Assembly: GCA_045580005.1 (NCBI GenBank)
Contig: JAZNMZ010000003.1
Span: 20,469-84,468 of the forward strand
Length of the DNA: 64,000 bases
Origin: Eubacteriales bacterium
GTDB lineage: Bacteria > Bacillota > Clostridia > Oscillospirales > CAG-382
Reading direction: 5' to 3'
Below, one piece after another: positions 21,173 through 31,001 of the stretch. Position numbers and translations under genes: made by a program. The notes under the pieces are model-generated. The model saw nothing but the letters and a program-made list of their open reading frames with translations, searched no databases and was not told the DNA's origin. Positions within the stretch are counted from its first letter, which is position 1. Each line of letters starts with the position of its first letter.

Positions 21173-21720
21173 CTTATACCGCCCTTTACGGGTATCTTGA
21201 AAAGAGCCATAAGTATTCTCACAGCAGAGAACATCACGCACACCGCAAGAACATTCACTATATACTCGGGAATAACCGCTCGCAGGATAATACCTCCGAC
21301 AGTTGCGTCACGCCACACGGCTATAAGATAAAACACCGTGATTATGCTCTTTATCGGAAGCAGCATTGCACCGACAAGCGCTGCCGAAAGGGGCGACCTG
21401 TGCGAAAATGGGCTTGCCGCCGTAGGAGCAAGATATGCACACGCATAGTATACAAGGGGAGAAAAAGAATACGGATTTCCAACCGTCAGGTCAAAGAGAA
21501 ATCCCGTAATCACGGCATAGTACGCCGCATACTTCTTGCCTCTTAAAAGTGACAGCGATATGACGCTCGCGAGCAGAATATCAGCCTTTACAGCATAGTT
21601 CAGCGACTCGGCAATGCTTGCCGAGAGCTTTGGCATAAGCGAGGTCGATATCAGAAATATGATAACAAAGCAGCAGATAAAAAATATATTGATTTTTTTA
21701 TCCTTAAAATTTCCTCTCAC
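21169..21720 (-). CDS. Hypothetical polytopic membrane protein
   Basis: 183 aa with about 5 hydrophobic helices. Translationally coupled (ATGA) to the radical SAM gene. Confidence 0.55.
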   Translation of the reverse strand: MRGNFKDKKINIFFICCFVIIFLISTSLMPKLSASIAESLNYAVKADILLASVISLSLLRGKKYAAYYAVITGFLFDLTVGNPYSFSPLVYYACAYLAPTAASPFSHRSPLSAALVGAMLLPIKSIITVFYLIAVWRDATVGGIILRAVIPEYIVNVLAVCVMFSAVRILMALFKIPVKGGIR

Positions 21721-21737
21721 GCTTGTTTTCCTTTCTT

Positions 21738-22832
21738 TTAAGGCATAAGAGCCGTTACTATGTCAAATTCTGCAAGCACTTGTTCGTTTATACTTACATT
21801 CTTTCTGAACTTTTCTATCTCAAGCGGATAGTCCATGTCGGCAAGAGATGCCGCAATGGTTGCAGGTATTGTTTCGTCCGCACTGTAATCGGCAGCATCT
21901 GTTTCAAATCTCCTGATGATATGGATACCGTAATCGGAATTTACGGTTCTTACCTCGCCCACCGCCATTGTGCTGACAGCCTCACCAAGCTCTTTTACAG
22001 AGGTGCCGGCGTTTTTGTCGATATACATTTCCGCGTCATAGACCGAAACATAGGAATTTTCGACATTGTACTGCTCTGCAATCTGTGAAAAGTCCATGCC
22101 GCTACGCAGATCAAGCGCAATCTTTTCTGCCGTCTGCACGCGTCTTGCCTGCTCCGACTCGGTAAGAGGAGCTTTTGTGCCATCCATCTTGTCGGTATAG
22201 GTAGTGTTTACATAAACATGCTTTATTGTGTAATAGTTGTCGGCAAAATACGCCTGTTTTTCCTGCTCGGAAAATCTCAAAATTCCTGTTTCCTCGTTAT
22301 ACAAAAGTTCCTTTAAAAGATCGACATTTGTCGTCATAAAATAAAGATTCTTGTAGTCCTCATAACTTGTACCGAAGTTTGCAAGATAGTTTTCAAAAGC
22401 AGATACCGAGCCGTATTTGTCAATAGCATTCTGCATTATTAGATTTTCGATATAGGTGCTGTATTCTGTCGGAAGCTCATATCCGCACACATCAAAGAGA
22501 ATATACTGCGCCGACATCATATCCTGCGCCTCGTTCACTATCTCATCAAAGAAAACCTCGCCATAGGGCCTGCCGTTGTTGGAAACGGTGTTCCATACAT
22601 CCTCGGAGTCTTGTGTGATTGTGCTGTCGTTGAAGCTGAGTACTGTGAGGTAGTTAGCCTTTTTCTGAGAAAGAAAGAAGCTGAATATTCCCTTTGTCAT
22701 ATATCCTGTCACCTTGCCGTCGCTACCCCTTGTCACTATCGGGTAGTCGGTGCGCGAGCAGGATACCTGTGCAAGAACACAAATCGTACAGATAAATATT
22801 GCCGTTATCTTTAAAAGTGTCTTTTTCATCAT
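21738..22832 (-). CDS. Exported PrsA/SurA-like foldase (PpiC-type peptidyl-prolyl isomerase family)
   Basis: Signal peptide ending ..LAQVSCS (possible lipobox). SurA-N-like helical region and C-terminal parvulin-like segment (MAVGEVRTVNSDYGIHIIRR). Confidence 0.7.
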   Translation of the reverse strand: MMKKTLLKITAIFICTICVLAQVSCSRTDYPIVTRGSDGKVTGYMTKGIFSFFLSQKKANYLTVLSFNDSTITQDSEDVWNTVSNNGRPYGEVFFDEIVNEAQDMMSAQYILFDVCGYELPTEYSTYIENLIMQNAIDKYGSVSAFENYLANFGTSYEDYKNLYFMTTNVDLLKELLYNEETGILRFSEQEKQAYFADNYYTIKHVYVNTTYTDKMDGTKAPLTESEQARRVQTAEKIALDLRSGMDFSQIAEQYNVENSYVSVYDAEMYIDKNAGTSVKELGEAVSTMAVGEVRTVNSDYGIHIIRRFETDAADYSADETIPATIAASLADMDYPLEIEKFRKNVSINEQVLAEFDIVTALMP

Positions 22833-22897
22833 TTTGCCCTTCAAAAATTTTCTTTTTTCTATTATAGCGCATTTTTATAAGTCTGTAAAGAGCAAAT

Positions 22898-25800
22898 TTA
22901 ACTTCCGCTCTGCTCTCCTATCATACTGCCGTAAAGCTCTGCAAAAGACAGCGACATCCCGAGAGCCTCCTCACCGGGCAAAAGCTTGAGATTGTAGCAG
23001 GGGTTTCCGCCCATAGACAGCAGCAATCTTCCTCTGTAATGTGCCGCAAGCTTTATTGTGCGCTCTTTTTCGACCTTTTCGGGGTAGAAAATGAGTTTTC
23101 CCTCTCTTTGCTCTATCTTTTTTATACCGCACGCCTCGCACACTGCACGAAGATACGATATCTCGCACAGGGCTGTTACCTCGCGAGGCGGCTCGCCGTA
23201 GCGGTCGCAAAGCTCGTCGATGATATCGTCCATGTCGGCACGGCTTTTTGCCTGCGCTATTTTTTTGTACATTTCGATACGCCCTGATGGGAGTCTTATA
23301 TACTTATCGGGAATATAGGCATTTACTCTGAGGTCAACCGTGCTCTCTTTCTTTTCGGTGGGAATAATTCCCTTCTCCTCAAGCACTGCCTCCTCGAGTA
23401 TTTTGATATATAGGTCGTAGCCAACAGCCTCCATGTGTCCCGACTGCTCGGCGCCGAGAAGATTTCCCGCTCCGCGTATTTCAAGGTCGCGCATGGCAAT
23501 CTTGAAGCCCGAGCCGAACTCGGTAAACTCCCGCAGAGCCTCAAGTCTTTTTGTCGCAATCTCTGTCAAAGCCGCCGAACGGCGCCAGGTAATATATGCA
23601 TACGCCTTGCGGTTGGAACGCCCGATTCTGCCCCTTATCTGGTGCAGCTGAGAAAGACCCAGTCGGTCTGCATCCTCGATAATAAGAGTGTTGGCGTTGG
23701 GTACATCCACACCCGTTTCGATAATTGTGGTGCAGACAAGTATGTCTATCTCGCCGTCGACCATACCCTGCCACACATCCGAGAGCTCATCCTGGCTCAT
23801 CTTGCCGTGCGCGCAGGCTATAACCGCATCGGGCAGTGCCTGCCTCAGCTTTGCCGCCGTTCCCTCGATTCCCTCCACTCTGTTGTGAAGATAAAAGACC
23901 TGTCCTGCGCGGCGCAGTTCCTTTTTTATCGCCTCAAGAATGATAAAATCGTCGTGTTCGAGAACATAGGTCTGCACGGGGTAGCGGTTGCTCGGAGCTT
24001 CCTCAAGCACTGACATATCGCGTATTCCTGCCATTGCCATATTAAGTGTACGCGGTATGGGAGTGGCTGTAAGTGTGAGCACATCAATCTGCCTTGATAT
24101 TTCCTTAAGACGCTCCTTGTGTGCAACGCCAAAACGCTGTTCCTCATCGACAACCAGAAGTCCGAGGTCGAAAAATTTGATGTTCTTACCAAGCAGCTTG
24201 TGTGTGCCGATAACAATATCGGTCTTGCCGTTTGCGAGTCTTTCGGCTATTTCTTTTGCCTCCTTAGGCTTGCAGAAACGCGAGAATACCTCTATTTTGA
24301 AAGGGAATCCTTTCATTCTGGCAAGCACAGTTCTGTAGTGCTGCATTGCAAGAATTGTTGTGGGCACAAGTATTGCCGCCTGCTTACCCTCAATAACGCA
24401 CTTGAATATCGCGCGCAGCGCCACCTCGGTTTTGCCAAAGCCTACATCTCCGCAAAGAAGTCTGTCCATCGGATGACGACTCTCCATATCATGCTTTATC
24501 TCATTTACAGACGCGAGCTGTCCCTCGGTTTCCTCGTACTCAAAGCGTTCCTCAAACTCTCTTTGCCACTCTGTGTCGGAGGAGAAGCTGTATCCGTCAA
24601 GCTTCTTGCGCTCGGCATAGAGATTGATAAGCTGCTTTGCCATATCCTTTGCTGCCTTTTTTGCCTTGGTCTTGGTCTTCTGCCACTCCTTGGTACTCAT
24701 GTTGGAGAGCCGCACGCTCTCGCCTGCGCCTGCGTATCTCGACACTCTGTCAAGCTGTCCCACAGGCACATACAGCACATCGCTTCCCGCATACTGCAGC
24801 ATTATATAATCTCTTGTAACACCGTCGACCGTAAGCGTCTTTATGCCCTCGTATCTTGCGATACCATGCACGGTGTGTACAACATAATCCCCAATTTTAA
24901 GGTCCTGATAGGACAGTATCTTCTGTCCTGCCGTTTTGCCCTTGTTCGCCGAAAAACGGCTCTTTTTTGCGTGCGTTTCCTGCTCGTCCGACTGAGTGAT
25001 AAGCGCAAAGCCTGCCTTGGTAAGCTCATACCCCTGCAGCTTTTCGGACATTTCGTCGGCTACAGTTACATAGACTATGCCCTTTTGTATATCTAGATTT
25101 TTTACAGTTTCAATATCGGCAACAGTATTTCTGATAGAGCGCTCGTCAAGCATTGTATTTATACTCGCGGCACTCGCCTTGTTTTTTGCAAGAAGAACTA
25201 TTCTGTACTTTGCTGCGACAAAATTGTCAAGATCCTCACACAGCACATCAAGATTTTTTGAAAAAGACGGCGTTGTCTTTGAATCAAAGCTGAAAATCCC
25301 CGATATTTCGGTATCTGCCCTAGAGGCAAATATGCTTGTTATCACAGACGGGCTCTTGTGCATTTTTGAAACCAAAGACGCCTGTTCATGCATAAAATGC
25401 GTCTTTTCTCCCAAAAGGAACCCCTCGGAAACAAGCGCTGTAATACTCTCGGAAAGTTGCCATACGCAGCCCTTTATACGCTCCTGCACTTTCTGCCAGT
25501 CTACTGCAAAAATTCCGCCCGTGATGTACGACAAAAGGCACTCTCCCTGAGGATTTATTATGGGTAAATACTTGTCGATGTTTGATATGCTGCGGCTCTC
25601 GAGCTTTTCTTTTTCGTCCTTGAGTTTTTCTACAAGCTCGGTCGCCTGCATTATGTCGAGCTTATTGCCCTCTTTTTGGAGCTTTTCGAGCTTCTTTTTT
25701 GCGTTTTCAATAAGTCTGTCGCACACGCTCACGCACTCGTCTATCTGCCCGTCAGAGAGAATTATCTCTCTTGAGGGGGTAATAGTGAAGCTGTCTATAT

Positions 25801-26485
25801 TCTCGATTCTACGCTGCGTCATTATATCAAAGCTGCCACAGGCGTCAATCTCATCGCCAAAAAATTCGACTCTCACGGGAAGCTCCTGGCTGGGAGGAAA
25901 AACATCTACGATATCGCCCCTGTGCGAGAACTGTCCCTTGCCCTCAACGGTATCCGCCTCGGTGTAGCCGTAGAGCACGAGCTTTTTTAAGAGTGAATCA
26001 ATATCGAAGCTCGCTCCTCTTGCAACTTCTATCTCTCCGCCAATATTGTCTTTTGGCGGAAGAATCGAAAGCACCGCCTCCGGCACTGCAATAACAACAC
26101 TTGCTCTGCCGTCGTTTATTGCGCGCAAAACCTCAAGTCGCTCATACTCAAACTCGTGAGAAAAAGCGTCGATTCCGCGAAAAACAAAATCCCTCATCGG
26201 AAAAAGATACACACCCTCGCAAAGCTCGCTCATCACACTGTGTATCCTGTGAGCGCTCTTCTCGTCGGGCGCTATAACAAGACTTGTCTTGCCCTCTCCA
26301 GAATTGCTCACAAGTCCCGAGAGCATTACGGCAAGAGGAGTGTCGTTCATACCGATGACAAAGCAGGGTGCCTGTCTGTACCCGTCTATATTGAATTTTG
26401 AAAGCGACTCGTCAAGCGCCCTGTATTCGGCATCAAGTGTCACTGAGTTCAAAAGCAGCTGTGCCGTGCAGGATGTCTTGTGCAT
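22898..26485 (-). CDS. mfd: Transcription-repair coupling factor
   Basis: 1195 aa. CarD/TRCF RNAP-interaction domain (DLKIGDYVVHTVHGIARYEG), SF2 helicase motifs (GDVGFGKTEVA, DEEQRFG), TRG motif region. Confidence 0.95.
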   Translation of the reverse strand: MHKTSCTAQLLLNSVTLDAEYRALDESLSKFNIDGYRQAPCFVIGMNDTPLAVMLSGLVSNSGEGKTSLVIAPDEKSAHRIHSVMSELCEGVYLFPMRDFVFRGIDAFSHEFEYERLEVLRAINDGRASVVIAVPEAVLSILPPKDNIGGEIEVARGASFDIDSLLKKLVLYGYTEADTVEGKGQFSHRGDIVDVFPPSQELPVRVEFFGDEIDACGSFDIMTQRRIENIDSFTITPSREIILSDGQIDECVSVCDRLIENAKKKLEKLQKEGNKLDIMQATELVEKLKDEKEKLESRSISNIDKYLPIINPQGECLLSYITGGIFAVDWQKVQERIKGCVWQLSESITALVSEGFLLGEKTHFMHEQASLVSKMHKSPSVITSIFASRADTEISGIFSFDSKTTPSFSKNLDVLCEDLDNFVAAKYRIVLLAKNKASAASINTMLDERSIRNTVADIETVKNLDIQKGIVYVTVADEMSEKLQGYELTKAGFALITQSDEQETHAKKSRFSANKGKTAGQKILSYQDLKIGDYVVHTVHGIARYEGIKTLTVDGVTRDYIMLQYAGSDVLYVPVGQLDRVSRYAGAGESVRLSNMSTKEWQKTKTKAKKAAKDMAKQLINLYAERKKLDGYSFSSDTEWQREFEERFEYEETEGQLASVNEIKHDMESRHPMDRLLCGDVGFGKTEVALRAIFKCVIEGKQAAILVPTTILAMQHYRTVLARMKGFPFKIEVFSRFCKPKEAKEIAERLANGKTDIVIGTHKLLGKNIKFFDLGLLVVDEEQRFGVAHKERLKEISRQIDVLTLTATPIPRTLNMAMAGIRDMSVLEEAPSNRYPVQTYVLEHDDFIILEAIKKELRRAGQVFYLHNRVEGIEGTAAKLRQALPDAVIACAHGKMSQDELSDVWQGMVDGEIDILVCTTIIETGVDVPNANTLIIEDADRLGLSQLHQIRGRIGRSNRKAYAYITWRRSAALTEIATKRLEALREFTEFGSGFKIAMRDLEIRGAGNLLGAEQSGHMEAVGYDLYIKILEEAVLEEKGIIPTEKKESTVDLRVNAYIPDKYIRLPSGRIEMYKKIAQAKSRADMDDIIDELCDRYGEPPREVTALCEISYLRAVCEACGIKKIEQREGKLIFYPEKVEKERTIKLAAHYRGRLLLSMGGNPCYNLKLLPGEEALGMSLSFAELYGSMIGEQSGS

Positions 26486-26581
26486 AAAAATTCCCCTTTC
26501 CGATAAGCTCCTTAACGCAACTTAGGGCTGTTACAAAGTATACCCCCTGTAACAGCCTTAGTATATATTGATTTTTATATT

Positions 26582-28516
26582 TTATCTTGCCTTTGTCGCA
26601 ATTTCGGTTACAATAGACGAGATAAATTCGTCTACCGCAACAGCACCCTTGTCGCCCTCTTTTCTTGAGCGGACAGCAACTGCACCTGCCTGCATTTCCT
26701 TGTCGCCGATAACAAGCATATATGGAACCTTTTCAAGCTGTGCCTCACGAATCTTGTAACCTATCTTTTCGTTTCTGGCATCAAGCTCGCAGCGTACGCC
26801 TGCAGCACTGAGCTTGTCGCAAACTTCCTTCGCATACTCTGCCTGTGCGTCGCTGATGGGAAGAATCTTAGCCTGTACAGGCGCAAGCCATGTCGGGAAC
26901 GCTCCTGCGTACTTTTCGATAAGAAGAGCAAGGGTTCTCTCATAGCAACCGATAGATGTTCTGTGGATAATGTAGGGATTCTTCTTTGCACCGTCGCGGT
27001 CTACATACTCCATACCGAACTTCTCGGCAAGCATCTGGTCAATCTGAATTGTGATAAGAGTGTCTTCCTTGCCGTGAACATTCTTAATCTGAATGTCAAG
27101 CTTGGGGCCGTAGAATGCCGCCTCACCGATACCTACCTTGTAGTTTATTCCGAGACCGTCAAGTATATTCTTCATAATGCTCTGAGCCTCATCCCACTGC
27201 TCATCTGTGCCTATATACTTTTCTTTATTGTCGGGATCCCACTGCGAGAAGCGGTAGGAAACATCCTCATAAAGACCCAAGGTCTTGAGCATATATATTG
27301 CAAGCTCGAGGCAGTGCTTGAACTCGCCCTCAAGCTGCTCGGGAGTACACATAAGGTGTCCCTCGGAAATTGTAAACTGACGAACACGGATAAGTCCGTG
27401 CATTTCGCCCGAGTCCTCGTTTCTGAAAAGAGTGGAGGTTTCGTTGAGTCTCATCGGGAGATCTCTGTATGAGCGGGCTCTGTTGAGATATGCCTGATAC
27501 TGGAAAGGACAAGTCATCGGACGGAGCGCAAAGCACTCCTTGCCGTCCTCCTCGTCGCCCATTACAAACATACCCTCCTTGTAGTGGTCCCAATGCCCCG
27601 AAATCTTATAAAGATCGGACTTTGCCATAAGAGGAGTCTTTGTGAGCTGCCAGCCGTGAGCTGCCTCAGTGTCCTCAACAAATCTCTGGAGAGTCTGTAT
27701 AATCTTTGCGCCCTTGGGGAGCATAATGGGAAGACCCTGTCCGATATAGTCAACTGTTGTAAAGAGCTCAAGCTCGCGGCCGAGCTTATTGTGGTCGCGC
27801 TTCTTTGCTTCCTCTACCATTGTGAGATATTCGTCAAGCATTGCCTGCTTGGGGAATGCAATACCGTATATTCTCTGAAGCATCTTGTTGCTCGCGTCGC
27901 CTTTCCAGTATGCACCTGTACACTGTGTGAGCTTGACTGCCTTGACAGAGCCTGTGCTGTAAAGATGAGGTCCCGCACAAAGGTCGACAAAATCGCCCTG
28001 GCGATAGAAAGATATTTCTTCTCGGTCGTCAAGTTCCTCTATAAGCTCTACCTTGTAGGGCTCGTTCTTCTCTGTCATAAGAGATATTGCCTCATCCTTT
28101 TGGAGAACAAATCTTTCGATTTTGTTATCCTCCTTGATGATTTTCTTCATCTCGTCCTCAAGCTTTGCGAGGTTTTCTGCGTTTATTGCAACATCAGAGT
28201 CGATATCATAGTAAAAACCGTTGTCTATTGCAGGGCCGATTGTGAGCTTTGCCTCAGGAAAAAGTCTCTTAACCGCCTGCGCAAGTATATGGGAGGCGGT
28301 GTGGTTATAAACCTTTTTGCCCTCCTCAGAGTCAAAAGTAATGATTTCGACTGCACAGTCAGATGTAATCTCGCGAGTGATATCGCACAGCTTTCCGTCG
28401 ATTTTGACAGCCAGAGCGGCTCTTGCAAGTCCTCCGCTTATACTCTTGGCAAGGTCGTATCCGTTGCCGCCCTCAAACGCGAGGACCGAGCCGTCTTTCA
28501 AAGTGATGTTGAACAT
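26582..28516 (-). CDS. thrS: Threonine--tRNA ligase
   Basis: MFNITLKDGS (TGS domain), class II motifs (FRNEDSGEMHGLIRVRQFT), anticodon-binding C-terminus. ATG at 28516 has AAGGAGA upstream (track start 28573 lies inside the leader terminator). Confidence 0.95.
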   Translation of the reverse strand: MFNITLKDGSVLAFEGGNGYDLAKSISGGLARAALAVKIDGKLCDITREITSDCAVEIITFDSEEGKKVYNHTASHILAQAVKRLFPEAKLTIGPAIDNGFYYDIDSDVAINAENLAKLEDEMKKIIKEDNKIERFVLQKDEAISLMTEKNEPYKVELIEELDDREEISFYRQGDFVDLCAGPHLYSTGSVKAVKLTQCTGAYWKGDASNKMLQRIYGIAFPKQAMLDEYLTMVEEAKKRDHNKLGRELELFTTVDYIGQGLPIMLPKGAKIIQTLQRFVEDTEAAHGWQLTKTPLMAKSDLYKISGHWDHYKEGMFVMGDEEDGKECFALRPMTCPFQYQAYLNRARSYRDLPMRLNETSTLFRNEDSGEMHGLIRVRQFTISEGHLMCTPEQLEGEFKHCLELAIYMLKTLGLYEDVSYRFSQWDPDNKEKYIGTDEQWDEAQSIMKNILDGLGINYKVGIGEAAFYGPKLDIQIKNVHGKEDTLITIQIDQMLAEKFGMEYVDRDGAKKNPYIIHRTSIGCYERTLALLIEKYAGAFPTWLAPVQAKILPISDAQAEYAKEVCDKLSAAGVRCELDARNEKIGYKIREAQLEKVPYMLVIGDKEMQAGAVAVRSRKEGDKGAVAVDEFISSIVTEIATKAR

Positions 28517-28529
28517 AGTATATCTCCTT

Positions 28530-28775
28530 ATAAATGTTTTATAAAATAAAAAAGCCCCGTGGATAATATCCACGGGGCGTAGTTAACGCGGTTCCACCCG
28601 AGTTTGCCGACAAAGCCAGCCTCTGCGTGCCGTAACGGGGCACTTACGCCAGGGCATTTCCTCCCTGCGGCTCAAAAGTGGTAAATATGCATCCACTCGT
28701 AAGCACCTCGCAGCAAATGGCGCTCTCTCTTGACGAAGAATATGCACACTCGTGTCTTTTTCATTGCCGTTTGTA
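28530..28775 (-). promoter_or_regulatory. T-box riboswitch leader of thrS
   Basis: The minus strand carries the T-box sequence CTCGGGTGGAACCGCG at 28602-28587. It is followed by the terminator ACGCCCCGTGGATATTATCCACGGGGC+TTTTTT (28580-28548). Stem I contains AGAGAG and GA motifs. The candidate specifier is ACC followed by A at 28682-28679. Confidence 0.85.
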
Positions 28776-28777
28776 TC

Positions 28778-28806
28778 ATTATAGCGCAAGTTTATTCCTT
28801 TGTCAA
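28778..28806 (-). promoter_or_regulatory. Consensus sigma-A promoter for the thrS leader
   Basis: Minus-strand TTGACA (28806-28801), 17-nt spacer, TATAAT (28783-28778). Confidence 0.7.
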
Positions 28807-28812
28807 GAGGTT

Positions 28813-29313
28813 TTATATACCAGCGCCGTAAATTATATCAAGTACTTCCTTTTGCGGTACATCCAGCACAAGCGCGAGCTCCTCACACAGCACTCTCTGT
28901 GCCCGAAGCAGCATATTTTCGTCGCAGGCGTGGAACTTCTTTCCCTCTTGCTCCGCGCACTTTTTGCGATCATACAGAGTTCTGGCAAGCCTTATAATCT
29001 CTACTCTGTCGCCGTCCTCTATAATGAGTCCGAACTTTTCCTTGCGGGGCTTGTCGCCCTCTACCCACTCGGTTCTTCTGCCGTCGTCTGCGCTGATAAG
29101 GGCCTCCGCTTCGCCGCAGGTGAGAATTCTCTTCATCTTTGCGGTGAGAACTTCGTTGTCGGTTGGAACATAGACTGTCGCTCTGCTGTCATAGACAGGT
29201 GAGAGAATATAATATTCTCTAGTGACTCCGCCCATTTTTTCCTCGCGGATATCGGTGAGCTTACACACTCCTGTTGCTCCGTATATTAAGATTGTGCCGA
29301 TGGTAAATTGCAT
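28813..29313 (-). CDS. CarD/CdnL-family RNA-polymerase-binding transcription regulator
   Basis: MQFTIGTILIYGATGVCKLTDIREEKMGGVTREYYILSP matches the CarD_CdnL_TRCF N-domain pattern. GAGGAAAG RBS before the ATG at 29313. Confidence 0.8.
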   Translation of the reverse strand: MQFTIGTILIYGATGVCKLTDIREEKMGGVTREYYILSPVYDSRATVYVPTDNEVLTAKMKRILTCGEAEALISADDGRRTEWVEGDKPRKEKFGLIIEDGDRVEIIRLARTLYDRKKCAEQEGKKFHACDENMLLRAQRVLCEELALVLDVPQKEVLDIIYGAGI

Positions 29314-29481
29314 ATCTTTCCTCACTTAAGGGTATTCCATAGTATAATTATAACATTTTTTTCAAATTTTTGTAATAGGCAAATTTGCCAAAAAAATACT
29401 TTTTTTCATCATAAATTTTGCGAAAACCGCTTGCTGCAGTCGACTTCTCATTCTTTTTTTGAAGATTTTTCCATGTAAATA

Positions 29482-29510
29482 TTGATTATTTCCACCAATA
29501 GTTATATAAT
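29482..29510 (+). promoter_or_regulatory. Candidate murD promoter (TTGATT-17-TATAAT)
   Basis: TTGATT at 29482-29487, 17-nt spacer, TATAAT at 29505-29510. Confidence 0.5.
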
Positions 29511-29547
29511 GAATAATGTATAAAATAAAATAAAACTCAGGTGCAAT

Positions 29548-30984
29548 ATGAAAAATTATACTAACAGCGAGCTAACAGAATATAAGCAGTTTCTCTCGGG
29601 TAAGCTCTGCGCCGTCCTCGGCGTAGGTATAAGCAATCTCCCGCTTATAGACTTTTTGCTCGAAGCAGGAGCGATGGTTGTAGCCCGTGACAAAAAAGAA
29701 AAAAGCGCACTTTGCGAAAACAAAGCTCTTGACATATCCCGTCTTGAGCGTGCCGGTGTAAAGTTTGTCTGCGGCGAGGACTATCTTGACAGCCTTTGCG
29801 AGGACATTATATACAAAACTCCGGGACTTCGCTATGACAATGAAAATATCATGCGCGCTGCCGCAGCAGGCAGTATCGTCACAAGCGAGATGGAGGCTTT
29901 TCTTTCTATCTGTCCGTGTAAGATTATCGCAGTGACAGGAAGCGACGGCAAGACGACAACCACAACACTTATCGCAAAGATACTTGAGCAAGCGGGACAC
30001 AAAGTCTTTCTCGGCGGCAATATAGGAAAGCCGCTTCTTTATGAAACAAAGAATATGACCCCCGACGATTTTGCTGTGCTCGAGCTTTCAAGCTTCCAGC
30101 TCCACACGATAAACAAGCACAAAAACGCAGGGCTTCCCACGCCGAAAATCAGATTTCCCGATGTTGCAGTCATCACCAATGTCAGCCCCAACCACCTCGA
30201 CTGGCACACCGACTATGACGAATATATTGAGGCAAAAAAGGCAATCTTTTCGTTTATGAAAAGCCACGGCACGCTTGTAACAAACGCCTGCAGTGATATT
30301 ACAAAAAACTATGCTTTGCAGGCAGAAAAGCTCGGTCTTAAGGTACGCACTTTCTCGGCAAAATGCGAGTGTGACTATTATCTGCACGGAAATGACATAA
30401 TAAGTGACGGCAAGCCGTTTATGACAAGAGGGGATATAAAAATACCCGGCATACACAATGTCGAAAACTACATGGCAGCTGCGGCGGCAACGCAGGATTT
30501 TGCAAGCAGAGAGGATGTTATAAAGGTTGCCGCAAGCTTTGGCGGTGTCGAGCACAGGCTCGAGCTTGTACGCGAGCTTTGCGGTGTGTCATACTACAAC
30601 AGTTCTATCGACTCGTCCCCCTCGAGGACTGTTGCGGCTGTAACAAGCTTTGGCGAGCAAGACAAGAAAAAGCTCATTCTCATCATGGGCGGCTACGATA
30701 AAAACATTCCTTATGCTCCGATAGGCAAGCCTGTTGGCGAATATGCAAAAGCCGTCTTTCTGTGCGGTGCAACAGCCCCAAAAATAAAAGAGGCTATTGA
30801 ACAGGCAGGTGGAGATGTGAGGATTTATATGTGCGACAGCTTTAAGGCAGCTATTGATGGTGCGCGGGCTGAAGCGGCAAGCGGCGACAAGGTAATACTC
30901 ACTCCTGCGAGCGCAAGCTTTGATATGTTCAAAAATTTTGAGGAGCGCGGCAGGCTCTTTAAAGAGATAGTAAACAATTTCTGA
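29548..30984 (+). CDS. murD: UDP-N-acetylmuramoylalanine--D-glutamate ligase
   Basis: Mur ligase P-loop AVTGSDGKTTTTTL, SSFQL motif, length 478 aa. Confidence 0.9.
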   Translation: MKNYTNSELTEYKQFLSGKLCAVLGVGISNLPLIDFLLEAGAMVVARDKKEKSALCENKALDISRLERAGVKFVCGEDYLDSLCEDIIYKTPGLRYDNENIMRAAAAGSIVTSEMEAFLSICPCKIIAVTGSDGKTTTTTLIAKILEQAGHKVFLGGNIGKPLLYETKNMTPDDFAVLELSSFQLHTINKHKNAGLPTPKIRFPDVAVITNVSPNHLDWHTDYDEYIEAKKAIFSFMKSHGTLVTNACSDITKNYALQAEKLGLKVRTFSAKCECDYYLHGNDIISDGKPFMTRGDIKIPGIHNVENYMAAAAATQDFASREDVIKVAASFGGVEHRLELVRELCGVSYYNSSIDSSPSRTVAAVTSFGEQDKKKLILIMGGYDKNIPYAPIGKPVGEYAKAVFLCGATAPKIKEAIEQAGGDVRIYMCDSFKAAIDGARAEAASGDKVILTPASASFDMFKNFEERGRLFKEIVNNF

Positions 30985-31001
30985 TTTTAAGAGGGGTTTT
31001 A

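Noticed and set aside
24119-25096. A 325-aa ORF on the plus strand antisense to mfd. Similar long antisense ORFs lie at 27584-28549 (thrS), 61033-61914, 38409-39206, 48976-49758, 15744-16544, 32653-33375, 9641-10231, 12294-12893 and 56880-57572.
   Set aside because: Each lies entirely inside a well-supported gene on the other strand. The translations are low-complexity and Cys/Arg/Leu-rich, with no RBS or recognisable motif. This is the typical shadow-ORF artefact of codon-biased genes.
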